Of a stretch of DNA of 64,000 bases, positions 46,205 through 55,393 are shown piece by piece. The notes under the pieces were generated by a model. The model was not told where the DNA came from. It saw nothing but the letters and a program-made list of their open reading frames with translations, and did no database searches. Source of the stretch: a virus (lineage: Duplodnaviria > Caudoviricetes). The stretch's first letter is position 1, and the number at the start of each line of letters is the position of its first letter. The stretch lies in IMG/VR virus record IMGVR_UViG_3300046460_000097. One strand, 5' to 3'. The position numbers and the translations under genes were made by a program.

Positions 46205-46703
46205 TCGACTGCTTACAACGGGCCAACTATTCCACATCAGTTTCAACGGGGCTCTAGCGGGCCTGTGGACACCGGGTACTCAAGCAGGCTTCGATGTACC
46301 GGGTGAACACGAGGACAGCTCCTGGGCTTATCCAGAGCCTCCTATGGCTGCAATTGCGGTAGCGCCTAAGGTGGAAGACTGTTTCCGTGGTGTCTTCCCC
46401 AATGTGGCGAAGTTCTTTGAGGTCGAGAAATATCCTCATATGAACTTCTACGTTTATCGTCCTGTGTTCGAGGGTGATGAACGAGTGGTTACCCCACAAG
46501 TCCTTACTAAGGATCGGTGGGTTTGGGACGCTCATGTTACTCATGAGCATCGCATCATTGATCCCGTGGAGATGGAACTGGTGGGCGAGGTAGAGATTAT
46601 GAACTGTAACTCCTCACCTACCATGCAAACTCATCCCTACGGATACATTGGTTATCCAAAGGAGTCTGTTGGTCCTACGACCATCAAGTACCGTTGGCTT
46701 TAG
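46176..46703 (+). CDS. Hypothetical protein, possible ADP-ribosyltransferase-like fold
   Basis: AGGAG RBS; LFHIS...E...IAVAP.VEDC...YVY...VWDAHVTHE pattern. The confidence value is for the gene; the fold call is weak. Confidence 0.55.
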   Translation: MDKVLKTVRSRLLTTGQLFHISFNGALAGLWTPGTQAGFDVPGEHEDSSWAYPEPPMAAIAVAPKVEDCFRGVFPNVAKFFEVEKYPHMNFYVYRPVFEGDERVVTPQVLTKDRWVWDAHVTHEHRIIDPVEMELVGEVEIMNCNSSPTMQTHPYGYIGYPKESVGPTTIKYRWL

Positions 46704-46711
46704 GAGGTACC

Positions 46712-46960
46712 ATGAGTACAACTGCAGCGATTCTCACAAAGGTAAGCGACAAGTTGGAAGCAGCGTTTAACAAAGGCGCTGATGGTGGTACTTACGCTTC
46801 ATTCGAGGAACTGCGTTCCGCGTTCCTTGCTGAACTCGTCAATGACCTGCCCCAAGACAAAGCACCTACCTTTGTTGACCGTGCACTTATGCACATTGAG
46901 CACATGACTGTTCGGTTCTCCACCGCCCCTAAGCGGAGGGTAACCAATGAAGGACAATAA
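46712..46960 (+). CDS. Hypothetical protein (82 aa)
   Basis: AGGAGG RBS before ATG 46712. Confidence 0.75.
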   Translation: MSTTAAILTKVSDKLEAAFNKGADGGTYASFEELRSAFLAELVNDLPQDKAPTFVDRALMHIEHMTVRFSTAPKRRVTNEGQ

Positions 46961-47480
46961 CAATCCGGATCAGGTCGTCATTGCTCGTGAGTTGTACGAC
47001 GAGCTAACGCGGTACGCTGATAGTTTTGCCTACATGCAGAAGGAAGGTGCGTTAACGGTAGTTGAGGGGAACGCTACACTGAAACGTATGTCGCGTATCA
47101 AGTGGCACGCGCGTAAGTTCAACAAGCAACTCCGAGTTGAGCGCAAGGTAAACCTAGCCTTGGAATTGGATCGGGTTCGTCAGAGCAAGAAGGCGTTGTT
47201 TGCCTTACTGACGGTGTGTACCGGGAAGCAAGTGTGGCTGCAAGTGCATCCGATTCCAACTGGCGAGACCGTTTACATTCCGGTCACGTTACTGGGTCGA
47301 GGGGTGCGGTACAAAGAGTTCGCACTTATAAAGATGAAAGGTGGTGAAAAGGTTGAGAAACCAATTCACATGTTACTCCCCGAATTACCGGAAGGGTTTC
47401 ATTACCACACGTTGGGTCGCTATCACGGTTTGGCCATTAAACAACCACTGTTTAGCGGTGCCGTTGGCGAACTAAAATAA
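46947..47480 (+). CDS. Hypothetical basic protein (177 aa)
   Basis: GGAGG RBS. Confidence 0.75.
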   Translation: MKDNNNPDQVVIARELYDELTRYADSFAYMQKEGALTVVEGNATLKRMSRIKWHARKFNKQLRVERKVNLALELDRVRQSKKALFALLTVCTGKQVWLQVHPIPTGETVYIPVTLLGRGVRYKEFALIKMKGGEKVEKPIHMLLPELPEGFHYHTLGRYHGLAIKQPLFSGAVGELK

Positions 47481-47510
47481 TCTGTCTAACAAGACTAAGC
47501 AGGTAACAGC

Positions 47511-48101
47511 ATGATCTCCAAAGGCATTTGCTTTGATATGGATAGCTTCCCAATGCACACCGCAGGGGAAAGGCAGTTCCGGGTATCAGCTCAAACGGGT
47601 GAACTCTTTAAGGGCAGGATTCCATTTGCCCGCTTTGGTCATCCGGCACCGTTGATTCGTCATGGGCTTAACCACCCTATCGAGTTCTACTGTGTAACTC
47701 TATCGGAACCTGGGATCCTGATAGCACTAAGTGATGACCGGCAAACACGGTATTATTGGATCACTCCAAGCGGTCGTCGTTATCCCTACGTTGTAGATTC
47801 GCCCTCGCACAGCTTTGAACAGGCGTGGGATAGTTTGTTTGTGAATCTCCTGCTGGATGATCGGCAATATGCGATTGGGTTGTACAATCGTATTAGTCAC
47901 ATTTTCATCGAGTACATCAAGGAGAAAGAGAAACCCGTACAAGTGGCTGTTGACGGTCACTGGAATCGTGAGCGTGTTATGGCCGTACTGGAGTGGGATG
48001 AAAGCATGGGGGATCGTGCTGTACAAGTCACCCTGTCTGATCGTGCTCCAGTTCAAGTTCCCTTGGCAGATCACCCTTTGGCTGCCTTGCTTCGCAAATA
48101 A
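47511..48101 (+). CDS. Hypothetical protein (196 aa)
   Basis: Operonic; AGG upstream. Confidence 0.7.
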   Translation: MISKGICFDMDSFPMHTAGERQFRVSAQTGELFKGRIPFARFGHPAPLIRHGLNHPIEFYCVTLSEPGILIALSDDRQTRYYWITPSGRRYPYVVDSPSHSFEQAWDSLFVNLLLDDRQYAIGLYNRISHIFIEYIKEKEKPVQVAVDGHWNRERVMAVLEWDESMGDRAVQVTLSDRAPVQVPLADHPLAALLRK

Positions 48102-48127
48102 ACCATTAGTTACTTGAGGATACTGTT

Positions 48128-48679
48128 ATGAACAATCAATACGCCAACTTCCCTGTTTCCGCTGCTCGCCAAGAAATGTTTGCAGCTCAGTTCGAACAGA
48201 GTAAAAAGGCATTGGCCGCCGCTAGTAATTACTTCGGTGGGCTTACCGGTCGCAAGATGATGATGTCTGGCTGGGAATACGAGCTGCCTAGCGGTCTGCA
48301 GTTGCGCGTTAACCGTCTCCGTGGTCATACCTCCTTTATTGTATCTGAGGGCGGTGGCGGTACCATGTACCTCGTTAACGGCGAGTTCCACTCGTACGAA
48401 GAGGCGGTGTTGGGTCTGTTCAAGAAGCTGATGATTGACGACCGTGAACACGCTGTTAATTACTACGGTCTAGTAAAAGATTTCTTCATCTCCTATTTTA
48501 AGAAGGTGGAGAATAATTCCCTGTCCATGACCCTCACCGGAAAATGGAAGGGGCAGTTTGTACATCTGGATCTCGAAACCGTAACGGGCATGGGCGGGTC
48601 TCTTATCTCCATGCAAGTCGGCGGCAAGGAATTGATGGTGTCTCTCCACACTCACCCGTTGGTAGACCACCTGGGCTAA
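48128..48679 (+). CDS. Hypothetical protein (183 aa)
   Basis: GAGGA RBS. Confidence 0.75.
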   Translation: MNNQYANFPVSAARQEMFAAQFEQSKKALAAASNYFGGLTGRKMMMSGWEYELPSGLQLRVNRLRGHTSFIVSEGGGGTMYLVNGEFHSYEEAVLGLFKKLMIDDREHAVNYYGLVKDFFISYFKKVENNSLSMTLTGKWKGQFVHLDLETVTGMGGSLISMQVGGKELMVSLHTHPLVDHLG

Positions 48680-48694
48680 TTAGCCTGTAATTGG

Positions 48695-49477
48695 ATGATT
48701 GACATAAGGAAGCTGTTGATGAAAAATGCTAAAGCAACAAAAGCGATGACGCCAGCACCGGTTAACAATGTCCTGTCTCTGGTTCTGGACACTGGTGTTG
48801 ATTCGTCAAAACTGTTGGCCGTTGGTTTTACCGAGGAGTTCATCAATAGCTACGATGAACGTGTTATTCAGTTCCATAAGGCTACTCTCGATCCGTCGAC
48901 TATCGCCGGCAAGAACGAGATCCCTTTGACCATCACCGGGCGTTTCATCGGCATGGGTCAACTGAAGAACTCCACGGGTGAGTTGGCAGTGACTGTGGTG
49001 TATGCGACCAATCGCACCTACTACCTGGTCAAGAAGCAGCGTGCGGTATTCACCTTCGTGGTGGACGCTACTTCGCTGGGTATGAAGGACGCTATGCGGG
49101 AGATGTTGCGTTCCAACTTGCTGAAAGGTCCTCGTATCTTCGGCATGTCGGCGAACATTGTTGAAGGGTTCTGGGTAAAGGCCTTCCAGGCTGTCTGTGA
49201 TCGCGCTGAGATCATGGAAATCGAATTGAAGTCCAAGGATGGCTTGCCTGTCCCGTCGCGTCTCTACTTCGATCCTAAGCGCCCTGATAACAGTACGCTG
49301 TCTGTTGGTGGCTGGTGCTATCCGTTCAATCTGGTCGACTTCCCGAAGAAGGCCATTGCGGACGGCACCAAGCTGTGGATCAAGGATCAGGCCAAGAAGG
49401 TAGAACCCCAAGAAGCTCCACGGGGTAACCGCATCGTGCCGAAGCCTACCAACAAACGCATTGCTGAAGCAGCATAA
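48695..49477 (+). CDS. Hypothetical protein (~255 aa)
   Basis: Start either 48695 or 48719 (AAGGA RBS). Confidence 0.7.
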   Translation: MIDIRKLLMKNAKATKAMTPAPVNNVLSLVLDTGVDSSKLLAVGFTEEFINSYDERVIQFHKATLDPSTIAGKNEIPLTITGRFIGMGQLKNSTGELAVTVVYATNRTYYLVKKQRAVFTFVVDATSLGMKDAMREMLRSNLLKGPRIFGMSANIVEGFWVKAFQAVCDRAEIMEIELKSKDGLPVPSRLYFDPKRPDNSTLSVGGWCYPFNLVDFPKKAIADGTKLWIKDQAKKVEPQEAPRGNRIVPKPTNKRIAEAA

Positions 49478-49489
49478 AGGAGTGTTCCC

Positions 49490-49684
49490 ATGCCAGTAGT
49501 TAATCAATCCCTCGAAGATCGTCTCAACGAACTCGCCAAGCGTTGTTCTCTGGACCACACCTCCATCATTCTGGAATTCGATCCAGTGGGTGAGAAGTGG
49601 ATCGGTAGTGTGGACGAAGAGCAAGACTTTGAAGGTGACTTGAACGAAGTCGTGGAAGCACTCGAAGCAGAGCTGGACATTTAG
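49490..49684 (+). CDS. Small highly acidic protein (64 aa)
   Basis: AAGGAG RBS; about 18 D/E versus 4 K/R. Confidence 0.75.
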   Translation: MPVVNQSLEDRLNELAKRCSLDHTSIILEFDPVGEKWIGSVDEEQDFEGDLNEVVEALEAELDI

Positions 49685-49693
49685 TAAATCAGC

Positions 49694-49731
49694 TATAACT
49701 CTCCTACCCCGCAAAGGGTAGGAGAGTTATA
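49694..49731. terminator. Bidirectional terminator between the early block and the minus-strand virion module
   Basis: Perfect 16-bp stem TATAACTCTCCTACCC/GGGTAGGAGAGTTATA plus a T-tract. Confidence 0.85.
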
Positions 49732-49757
49732 TGTTTCTTTCTTTTTTTGCTTCGTGT

Positions 49758-50660
49758 TTATCCGGCGTCAAATACCCACATGTCATTCTGGACGGTGCCG
49801 TTCCAACCACCTGCGACGTAGATCTCGTTAGTCGAAGGTAGAGACGCCATGAAGAGTTCTTGTCGTCCGACACTAGCAAGTGCTAACTGGGTCCATGTTG
49901 CCTCAACTGGGTCGTAGCACCACATCATCCTGCTGTAACCGGCAACAAGTCGACCACCATGAAGGTAGAGTTTCCCATCCAATACAGCCGTCCGGCATCC
50001 AATTAACCCACCAATGGGTTGATCAGGTAACTGAGTCCATGTATCAGTCGCAATGTCATAAACCCAGAAATCCGAAAGATACTGGGCCGTGCTACTGTAA
50101 CCACCGACGAGGTAGAGTTTTCCGTCAATTGCGGCAAGCGTTGTTTTAGTACGACCTGCTCCCGGATAAGGAGACAACGTACTCCATGTATTCGTGGCGA
50201 TGTCGTAGCAACGTAAATCGGCGGCAGCGGTGTTAGTCCAACCACTACTTACATACAACTTACCGTTCCACGATGCCATGGCCCCACTGTAACGTGTGGT
50301 GCCGGCAAGCTTCGACGTCCAAGTATTAGCTGTAGGGTCATAGACCCATAGGTCGCCTATTTGGGCACTAGACGACCTACCAGAGTGCACCCAAATTTTA
50401 CCATCGGCTTCACACATGCATAACTGTGTACGGGCTACCGGCCCAGTGGCTTTAACCGTCCATGACCCGGCGACGGGATCATAATACTTAAAGTCTGCTA
50501 CCGGAGAGTTTACGTTGTTGTTACTACCGCCGAATGCGTAGATCAACCCACCCATCTCGACAAACATGCCGTCCATACGCTGAGCCGACAAGTTGGCTAG
50601 CTTCGTCCATATACCCCGTGGTGCGAGTCCAGCTAGTCCACCTATTAATGCTTCAAGCAT
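49758..50660 (-). CDS. Kelch-repeat beta-propeller protein
   Basis: Six Kelch repeats (GGLIYAFGG, GKIWVHSG, GKLYVSSG, GKLYLVGG, GKLYLHGG, EIYVAGG with YDP..W). Confidence 0.9.
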   Translation of the reverse strand: MLEALIGGLAGLAPRGIWTKLANLSAQRMDGMFVEMGGLIYAFGGSNNNVNSPVADFKYYDPVAGSWTVKATGPVARTQLCMCEADGKIWVHSGRSSSAQIGDLWVYDPTANTWTSKLAGTTRYSGAMASWNGKLYVSSGWTNTAAADLRCYDIATNTWSTLSPYPGAGRTKTTLAAIDGKLYLVGGYSSTAQYLSDFWVYDIATDTWTQLPDQPIGGLIGCRTAVLDGKLYLHGGRLVAGYSRMMWCYDPVEATWTQLALASVGRQELFMASLPSTNEIYVAGGWNGTVQNDMWVFDAG

Positions 50661-50680
50661 GATCAGCTCTCCATAGTCAA

Positions 50681-50700
50681 AAGCCTCCCCGAAGGGAGGC
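50681..50700 (-). terminator. UUCG hairpin between virion genes, copy 1
   Basis: Minus strand GCCTCCC-TTCG-GGGAGGC-TTTT. Confidence 0.7.
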
Positions 50701-50722
50701 TGTTATTATCGACCCATCCTTG

Positions 50723-52927
50723 TTACGGCTTGTACGTCCAGAAGTCAGACAACACACCAACGCCAGGATAATAACCGCCGCCTACGTAAATGCGGCCGTC
50801 GCCTGGAGCTACCATGAACGGAGTAGTCCTGCCATTAGTGGTTAGTATATCCGCCAGTTGAGTCCACGTGTTACCAACAGGATCGTAGGTCCACAGCTTC
50901 TTGACAACCGTCCCACCGACGTTACCGCCGAAGAAGTAGATCTTCCCATCCACTACCGTGGACCTGTGTTGAGCGATGTTACCCATTGGGTGGTCAGCCA
51001 TCTTTGTCCAGACATCAGTAGCAATGTCGTAAGACCAGAATTCGGTACCACCCACGTTACCGCCCGACATATACAGCTTGCCGTTTACAGCGTTGAGGGT
51101 CATGTGTCGACGCCCACCTACAAAACTCGCTTTAACACTCCATGTGTTGGTAGCGATGTCGTAGCAACGCAGGTCGTTCGCGTAGGTGTTGGTATAACCA
51201 CCAACAACGTACAACTTGCCACCGTAAGACGTCATAACACCGTCGTACCGGTCGATACCACTAGCCTTTTGCGCCCACGTGTTAGCCACCGGGTCATAAG
51301 CCCACAGATCACTAAAGACACCACTTGAGCTGTAGCCGGCGTGCACGTAGACTTTACCATCAGTCCCTTCACACATACAGTGCCAGGTTCGAACAGCAGG
51401 CCCTACTGCTTTAGCGGTCCATGTTGCCAGTACAGGATCATAAACACTGAAGGCGCCCGTGGGGTTACTGCCGTCGTTCGCATCACCACCGAAGGTATAA
51501 ATCTTCCCGCTAACCGAGGCCGAACCAATGTTCATCCTTGCAGCAGGAAGGTTGCCCACCCTTGACCAAGCGTTTGACAGATCGGTCAACTCTTCGATCT
51601 GCGGGCGCCACCCTGCGTACTGCTGAGTACCACCGTTAGCGACGTACCAACCCGCCAGTATCTGTCGGTTACCGACGTTGTCAGCATCGTTGTAGCCGCG
51701 CAGTAAGTGGTTATTCCCACCGGTAATGACTTCTTTACACCAGGTCAGTGTACCAAGCCCTCCGGAAGCTGCGGCTTTGTTTGTTGCGAAGCCCAAGTCG
51801 GCGTCCGTAAACGCAGCCCAACGAGGATACGCCAGAACTTCAGGTTGTCCGCTAGCTGCTCCGCCGTAAACCGGGTAAATCAGGTCGTTGAAAGACCCAG
51901 CCGTTGCAATAGACCCGTAGCTAGGAGTAGGATCAACATCAGCACCCGTCGGAAGAGTCAACGCGTAGCGTTTACCACCAAACAGGTAAGGGATATTCCC
52001 TTTAACGACACCAACTGCGTCCATTTGTTCCCAAGTCATTGCGTGTCTCAGGGGTTTCTTCGCGAGGTACGTGGTCTTGCCTTTATAGCGGTACTTCAGC
52101 CAATTGGACGAGGCGTTGGTTACGGTGCCGGCCGCCGCCAAGTTCACCACAGCGGCAAGCGCGCTCGGAGTGATGAAATCCGCGTCGGCAATTTCACCGT
52201 AGTACAGATCTTCAGGAGGAGCCACACCGATGAATTCCAACAGAGGCCGGAAGCCATAGACGTCCAGACTAGCTGTACCGTTACCCTCGTTGACGTTAGC
52301 ATCGTTGATCACGGTGCGCCGGTCGATAGGGTTAACCCCCGTCCCACCAGAGTAGTCCCAACCGCGAGCAGCCAAAGCAGTAGTGATGGTGTTGTGCTGA
52401 TCTTTGGTGACTGTGATCCAGCCCTTCTGTCCATTGAGGCTATCGTTGAGCGCGAGTCCGAGATCAGCCGCCGTGTAATACGACCACACAGCCGCTGTAG
52501 GACGGTTAGCCGCTGCAAAGATCGGGTACAAGTACTGGTTCCACTCTCCGCCGCCGGCAATACCGATGATGGAGTTGAACGGATCAGCAGCCATACCGGA
52601 CATCAAACGAACCTTGTAGATGTCCCCGCGGATGCTGACTTGTTTACCAGCCAACAGTGCGGCTGCTTTATAAGCAGCAACTGTAGTTCCGTAACGAAGC
52701 GGCTTCCTTGCGATGTAGAACGTTTTGCCAGCATCGATGTATTTCAGCCAGCCTGCCTTGTTGTTGATCGAAGTACCCGAAGTCAACGCAAGTAAAGAAG
52801 ACAGAGCAGTACCGTCGATCAGATCGTCAGAACTGACGAATCCTTGAAACGGGTTGCCTGGCTCTACAGCAGGCGGTACGAATGGTATTTCTACCTGACT
52901 CCCTGTCGAGATTAATTGTTCAATCAT
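50723..52927 (-). CDS. Virion protein: two putative CLec-like domains plus a Kelch propeller
   Basis: ATG 52927 after GGGGAAG; two WLKY...KPLR...(G)xRP domains, then six Kelch repeats. Confidence 0.8.
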   Translation of the reverse strand: MIEQLISTGSQVEIPFVPPAVEPGNPFQGFVSSDDLIDGTALSSLLALTSGTSINNKAGWLKYIDAGKTFYIARKPLRYGTTVAAYKAAALLAGKQVSIRGDIYKVRLMSGMAADPFNSIIGIAGGGEWNQYLYPIFAAANRPTAAVWSYYTAADLGLALNDSLNGQKGWITVTKDQHNTITTALAARGWDYSGGTGVNPIDRRTVINDANVNEGNGTASLDVYGFRPLLEFIGVAPPEDLYYGEIADADFITPSALAAVVNLAAAGTVTNASSNWLKYRYKGKTTYLAKKPLRHAMTWEQMDAVGVVKGNIPYLFGGKRYALTLPTGADVDPTPSYGSIATAGSFNDLIYPVYGGAASGQPEVLAYPRWAAFTDADLGFATNKAAASGGLGTLTWCKEVITGGNNHLLRGYNDADNVGNRQILAGWYVANGGTQQYAGWRPQIEELTDLSNAWSRVGNLPAARMNIGSASVSGKIYTFGGDANDGSNPTGAFSVYDPVLATWTAKAVGPAVRTWHCMCEGTDGKVYVHAGYSSSGVFSDLWAYDPVANTWAQKASGIDRYDGVMTSYGGKLYVVGGYTNTYANDLRCYDIATNTWSVKASFVGGRRHMTLNAVNGKLYMSGGNVGGTEFWSYDIATDVWTKMADHPMGNIAQHRSTVVDGKIYFFGGNVGGTVVKKLWTYDPVGNTWTQLADILTTNGRTTPFMVAPGDGRIYVGGGYYPGVGVLSDFWTYKP

Positions 52928-52955
52928 GGTCTTCCCCGTAGAGAAATGGGTAGAG

Positions 52956-52974
52956 AAGCCTCCCCGAAGGGAGG
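52956..52974 (-). repeat. UUCG hairpin, exact 19-nt copy of 50681..50699
   Basis: AAGCCTCCCCGAAGGGAGG on the + strand at both sites. Confidence 0.85.
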
Positions 52975-52987
52975 TCAATCATTTAAC

Positions 52988-54178
52988 TTATACCTTTTCC
53001 AGCAATGGGCGCCAGTTGAAGAACGGGTGTTCTTGGTTGGCGGAGACATACCAAATATCATTGATACCTGGATAACCCGCGCCCGAGTGGGCTCCTGTTT
53101 CGTTAGCAGACGCTTCCTGCAAAATACTAATGTTGATCCCGTCGTTACCCACACCTGCCCAAGCTGCTGTTTGAGAGTCGTACGTCCCATCAGTCAGACC
53201 AACAATGTACTTCTTCCATTCCCGCGCCGCTAAACCACCGCCAGCGATACCTGGGTCTTGTTCACATCCTGTCATGAGGCGAACCTTGAACGTTTGGCCA
53301 CCAATGACAATGGTTCGGTTGCCCGTGATCAAGTTTCTAGCACTCAATTGTTCCCAACTGATGGTGTGTCGAATACCCATGCGTGGGATATAAACTTCTT
53401 TACCCTCTTCGGCGAAGTGCAGCCACTCCACTGTGCCGTTGCTCGGTGTGCCTTCGGTAACCCCCAGCTCTGTAGCCAGTGCTGCAAACGTGATAAAGTT
53501 ATCTTGGTTCACCAGTCCTTTGTAAGCCGATACCGGTAGACTAGACTTCTTAATCAGCAGGGGGCGCCAGCCATGGTACAGTTGAGGAGTGAGGTTGTCT
53601 TGGTACCATACAGACGCAAAATTAGGATAACCACGCGTCAGCCAGCCCCCTCCATATGCTTCCGCACACATGGTTTGAGAACCAGGCTGGGAGTAGTCTG
53701 GTTCGTTGTTACCCATCATGAGTGGTGTGTAGTAACCCCATGTTGGGACCACCGGGTCCGTTGGGTAGGAGTTCCGTTTTGGTGGATCAATCAATGGCAG
53801 CATGTAACGCTGGTAAGCGAACTTAGTGGCGGCTTCATTGCCGTTAATAAATCTGACGATGTAAACTTCGCCACCAATTGTAACTTCTTTGCTGTTACCT
53901 GCTTGTGCCGCGTCAATCGACTGATACGTCAGACCATACCGCAGGGTCTTTTTCGAGATGTAAAGCTCAGTGCCGTCGGCCTCAATGAAATGCAACCAAC
54001 CTGCTGCGTCGTTGTGCTGCATGCCGTCTGTCAGACCGATGGCTTGTGCTAGGGCTCCGCCCGTAATAAAGTTAGCAGATTTGACGATGCCCTTGTAAAT
54101 CGTTCCTCCTGGAAATACCAAATCAGAGTCGTCATCAGCCCCAGCCGGCTTTGTAATAGTTATAAGAGATTCGAACAC
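52988..54178 (-). CDS. Virion protein with two tandem putative CLec-like domains
   Basis: GTG start after GGAGAG; WLHF...LRYG/IRH...GWRPLL and NWRPLLEKV. Confidence 0.7.
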   Translation of the reverse strand: MFESLITITKPAGADDDSDLVFPGGTIYKGIVKSANFITGGALAQAIGLTDGMQHNDAAGWLHFIEADGTELYISKKTLRYGLTYQSIDAAQAGNSKEVTIGGEVYIVRFINGNEAATKFAYQRYMLPLIDPPKRNSYPTDPVVPTWGYYTPLMMGNNEPDYSQPGSQTMCAEAYGGGWLTRGYPNFASVWYQDNLTPQLYHGWRPLLIKKSSLPVSAYKGLVNQDNFITFAALATELGVTEGTPSNGTVEWLHFAEEGKEVYIPRMGIRHTISWEQLSARNLITGNRTIVIGGQTFKVRLMTGCEQDPGIAGGGLAAREWKKYIVGLTDGTYDSQTAAWAGVGNDGINISILQEASANETGAHSGAGYPGINDIWYVSANQEHPFFNWRPLLEKV

Positions 54179-54204
54179 GATGTGCTCTCCCCAAAGGAAT
54201 GTTG

Positions 54205-54663
54205 TTATTCAGCGAGAACGAGTCCTTTGGGTTTAGTGGGATTAGCCACAGCCCGGTAACCTTCAACGCCGCAATTAATCAGGAAGCGTTTCCAAGCCGC
54301 TACCTCGAGCACTTCCATTGCTTCGCGCAAGATCCCGTCAATTTCCTTACGGGTTACAGCTACCTCAGTTTCAACGCCATCGATGAGTTCGATGATCTTG
54401 TAAGTTCTGCACAGGAAATCATGCAGAGTTGTTGCTTGACTGTATTCGTCCAACGGAGGAAGCAACCACCACAAGAAACGTGGAATGGTAGCACCGTCAG
54501 TTAGGAAACCAGTCGGTACGTCAATGTAACGATTAGAACCTTTGAAGCCGATGTAGTAGCGATACCCAGCAGCCACCCTCCAATAGGCTTTGCCATAGAG
54601 CCGACTCGCAGCCTGATCATAGCCCAAAGACTCAACCGCACTGAACCTCGTAAAGTCGCTCAT
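54205..54663 (-). CDS. DUF1353-like protein
   Basis: VPTGFLTDGATIPR and ATTLHDFLC motifs; typical neighbour of tail genes. Confidence 0.8.
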   Translation of the reverse strand: MSDFTRFSAVESLGYDQAASRLYGKAYWRVAAGYRYYIGFKGSNRYIDVPTGFLTDGATIPRFLWWLLPPLDEYSQATTLHDFLCRTYKIIELIDGVETEVAVTRKEIDGILREAMEVLEVAAWKRFLINCGVEGYRAVANPTKPKGLVLAE

Positions 54664-54687
54664 AGTTTAAACTCCATGTGTTTAAAT

Positions 54688-54708
54688 CCTCCCTCCTAAG
54701 AGGGAGGG
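54688..54708 (-). terminator. Intergenic hairpin
   Basis: CCTCCCTC-CTAA-GAGGGAGG. Confidence 0.55.
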
Positions 54709-54715
54709 TCGTTGA

Positions 54716-55372
54716 TTACAGAGTGAAGAATACCCCCGGAGGAGTTGGCAACTCTTCCATGGTGGTGGCGAGATCGATAGCTTTCTTGTAAGCCCAGATC
54801 ACCTTGTAGCCAGCGATTACTTGAACCAAGGCTCGATCTGCCAGCGCAACCATTTCAGCTGCGGTGAGAACGACCTCGACGTTTTCCAGTACGCGGAACT
54901 CGAAGGTCATATCACCGCTGGCAGCGATTACTTCTTTGGCGATGCAGCGCAGGTCGGAGATATTGCCACGGTCGCCGGTACGCACTTGTACGTGGTAAAC
55001 GTTTTCGCCGAACTGGTACGGGAAGCCAGTAGCGAACGCAGCGACGCGCAGATCTTCGGCGCTCGACTGGAGCTCTTCCTTACGACGTGCAAGCTTGTTA
55101 GCGACCTCGATTTCGGTGAAGCTACGGACGGTCCAGGTTTGGTACCATTCGCCCTCACGGAGCTCTGGGGCACCTTCAGTGACGACATCACCTTCTGGCT
55201 GAGCAACGCTGTGTACAACCTCGATACCGAAGTCGATCAGACAGTCAGAATCGACCGTCGCTGGGAATACAGTATTAGGTGCGAAGCGAGCCATATCCGC
55301 CAAGAAGATCGGATAGGTCATGGTGTCGGATTCGATCAAGCGGGTAGTGCGGTCAACAATGGACATAGTCAT
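54716..55372 (-). CDS. Tail fibre assembly/chaperone-like protein (DUF4376-like C-terminus)
   Basis: GEWYQTWTVR and RKEEL..R..A..TGF patterns seen in fibre-assembly proteins. Confidence 0.6.
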   Translation of the reverse strand: MTMSIVDRTTRLIESDTMTYPIFLADMARFAPNTVFPATVDSDCLIDFGIEVVHSVAQPEGDVVTEGAPELREGEWYQTWTVRSFTEIEVANKLARRKEELQSSAEDLRVAAFATGFPYQFGENVYHVQVRTGDRGNISDLRCIAKEVIAASGDMTFEFRVLENVEVVLTAAEMVALADRALVQVIAGYKVIWAYKKAIDLATTMEELPTPPGVFFTL

Positions 55373-55393
55373 TTCCTTAAAGGAAGGGTTGTG

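Noticed and set aside
54199-54504. 101-aa plus-strand ORF
   Set aside because: Antisense to the DUF1353-like gene inside a minus-strand operon.
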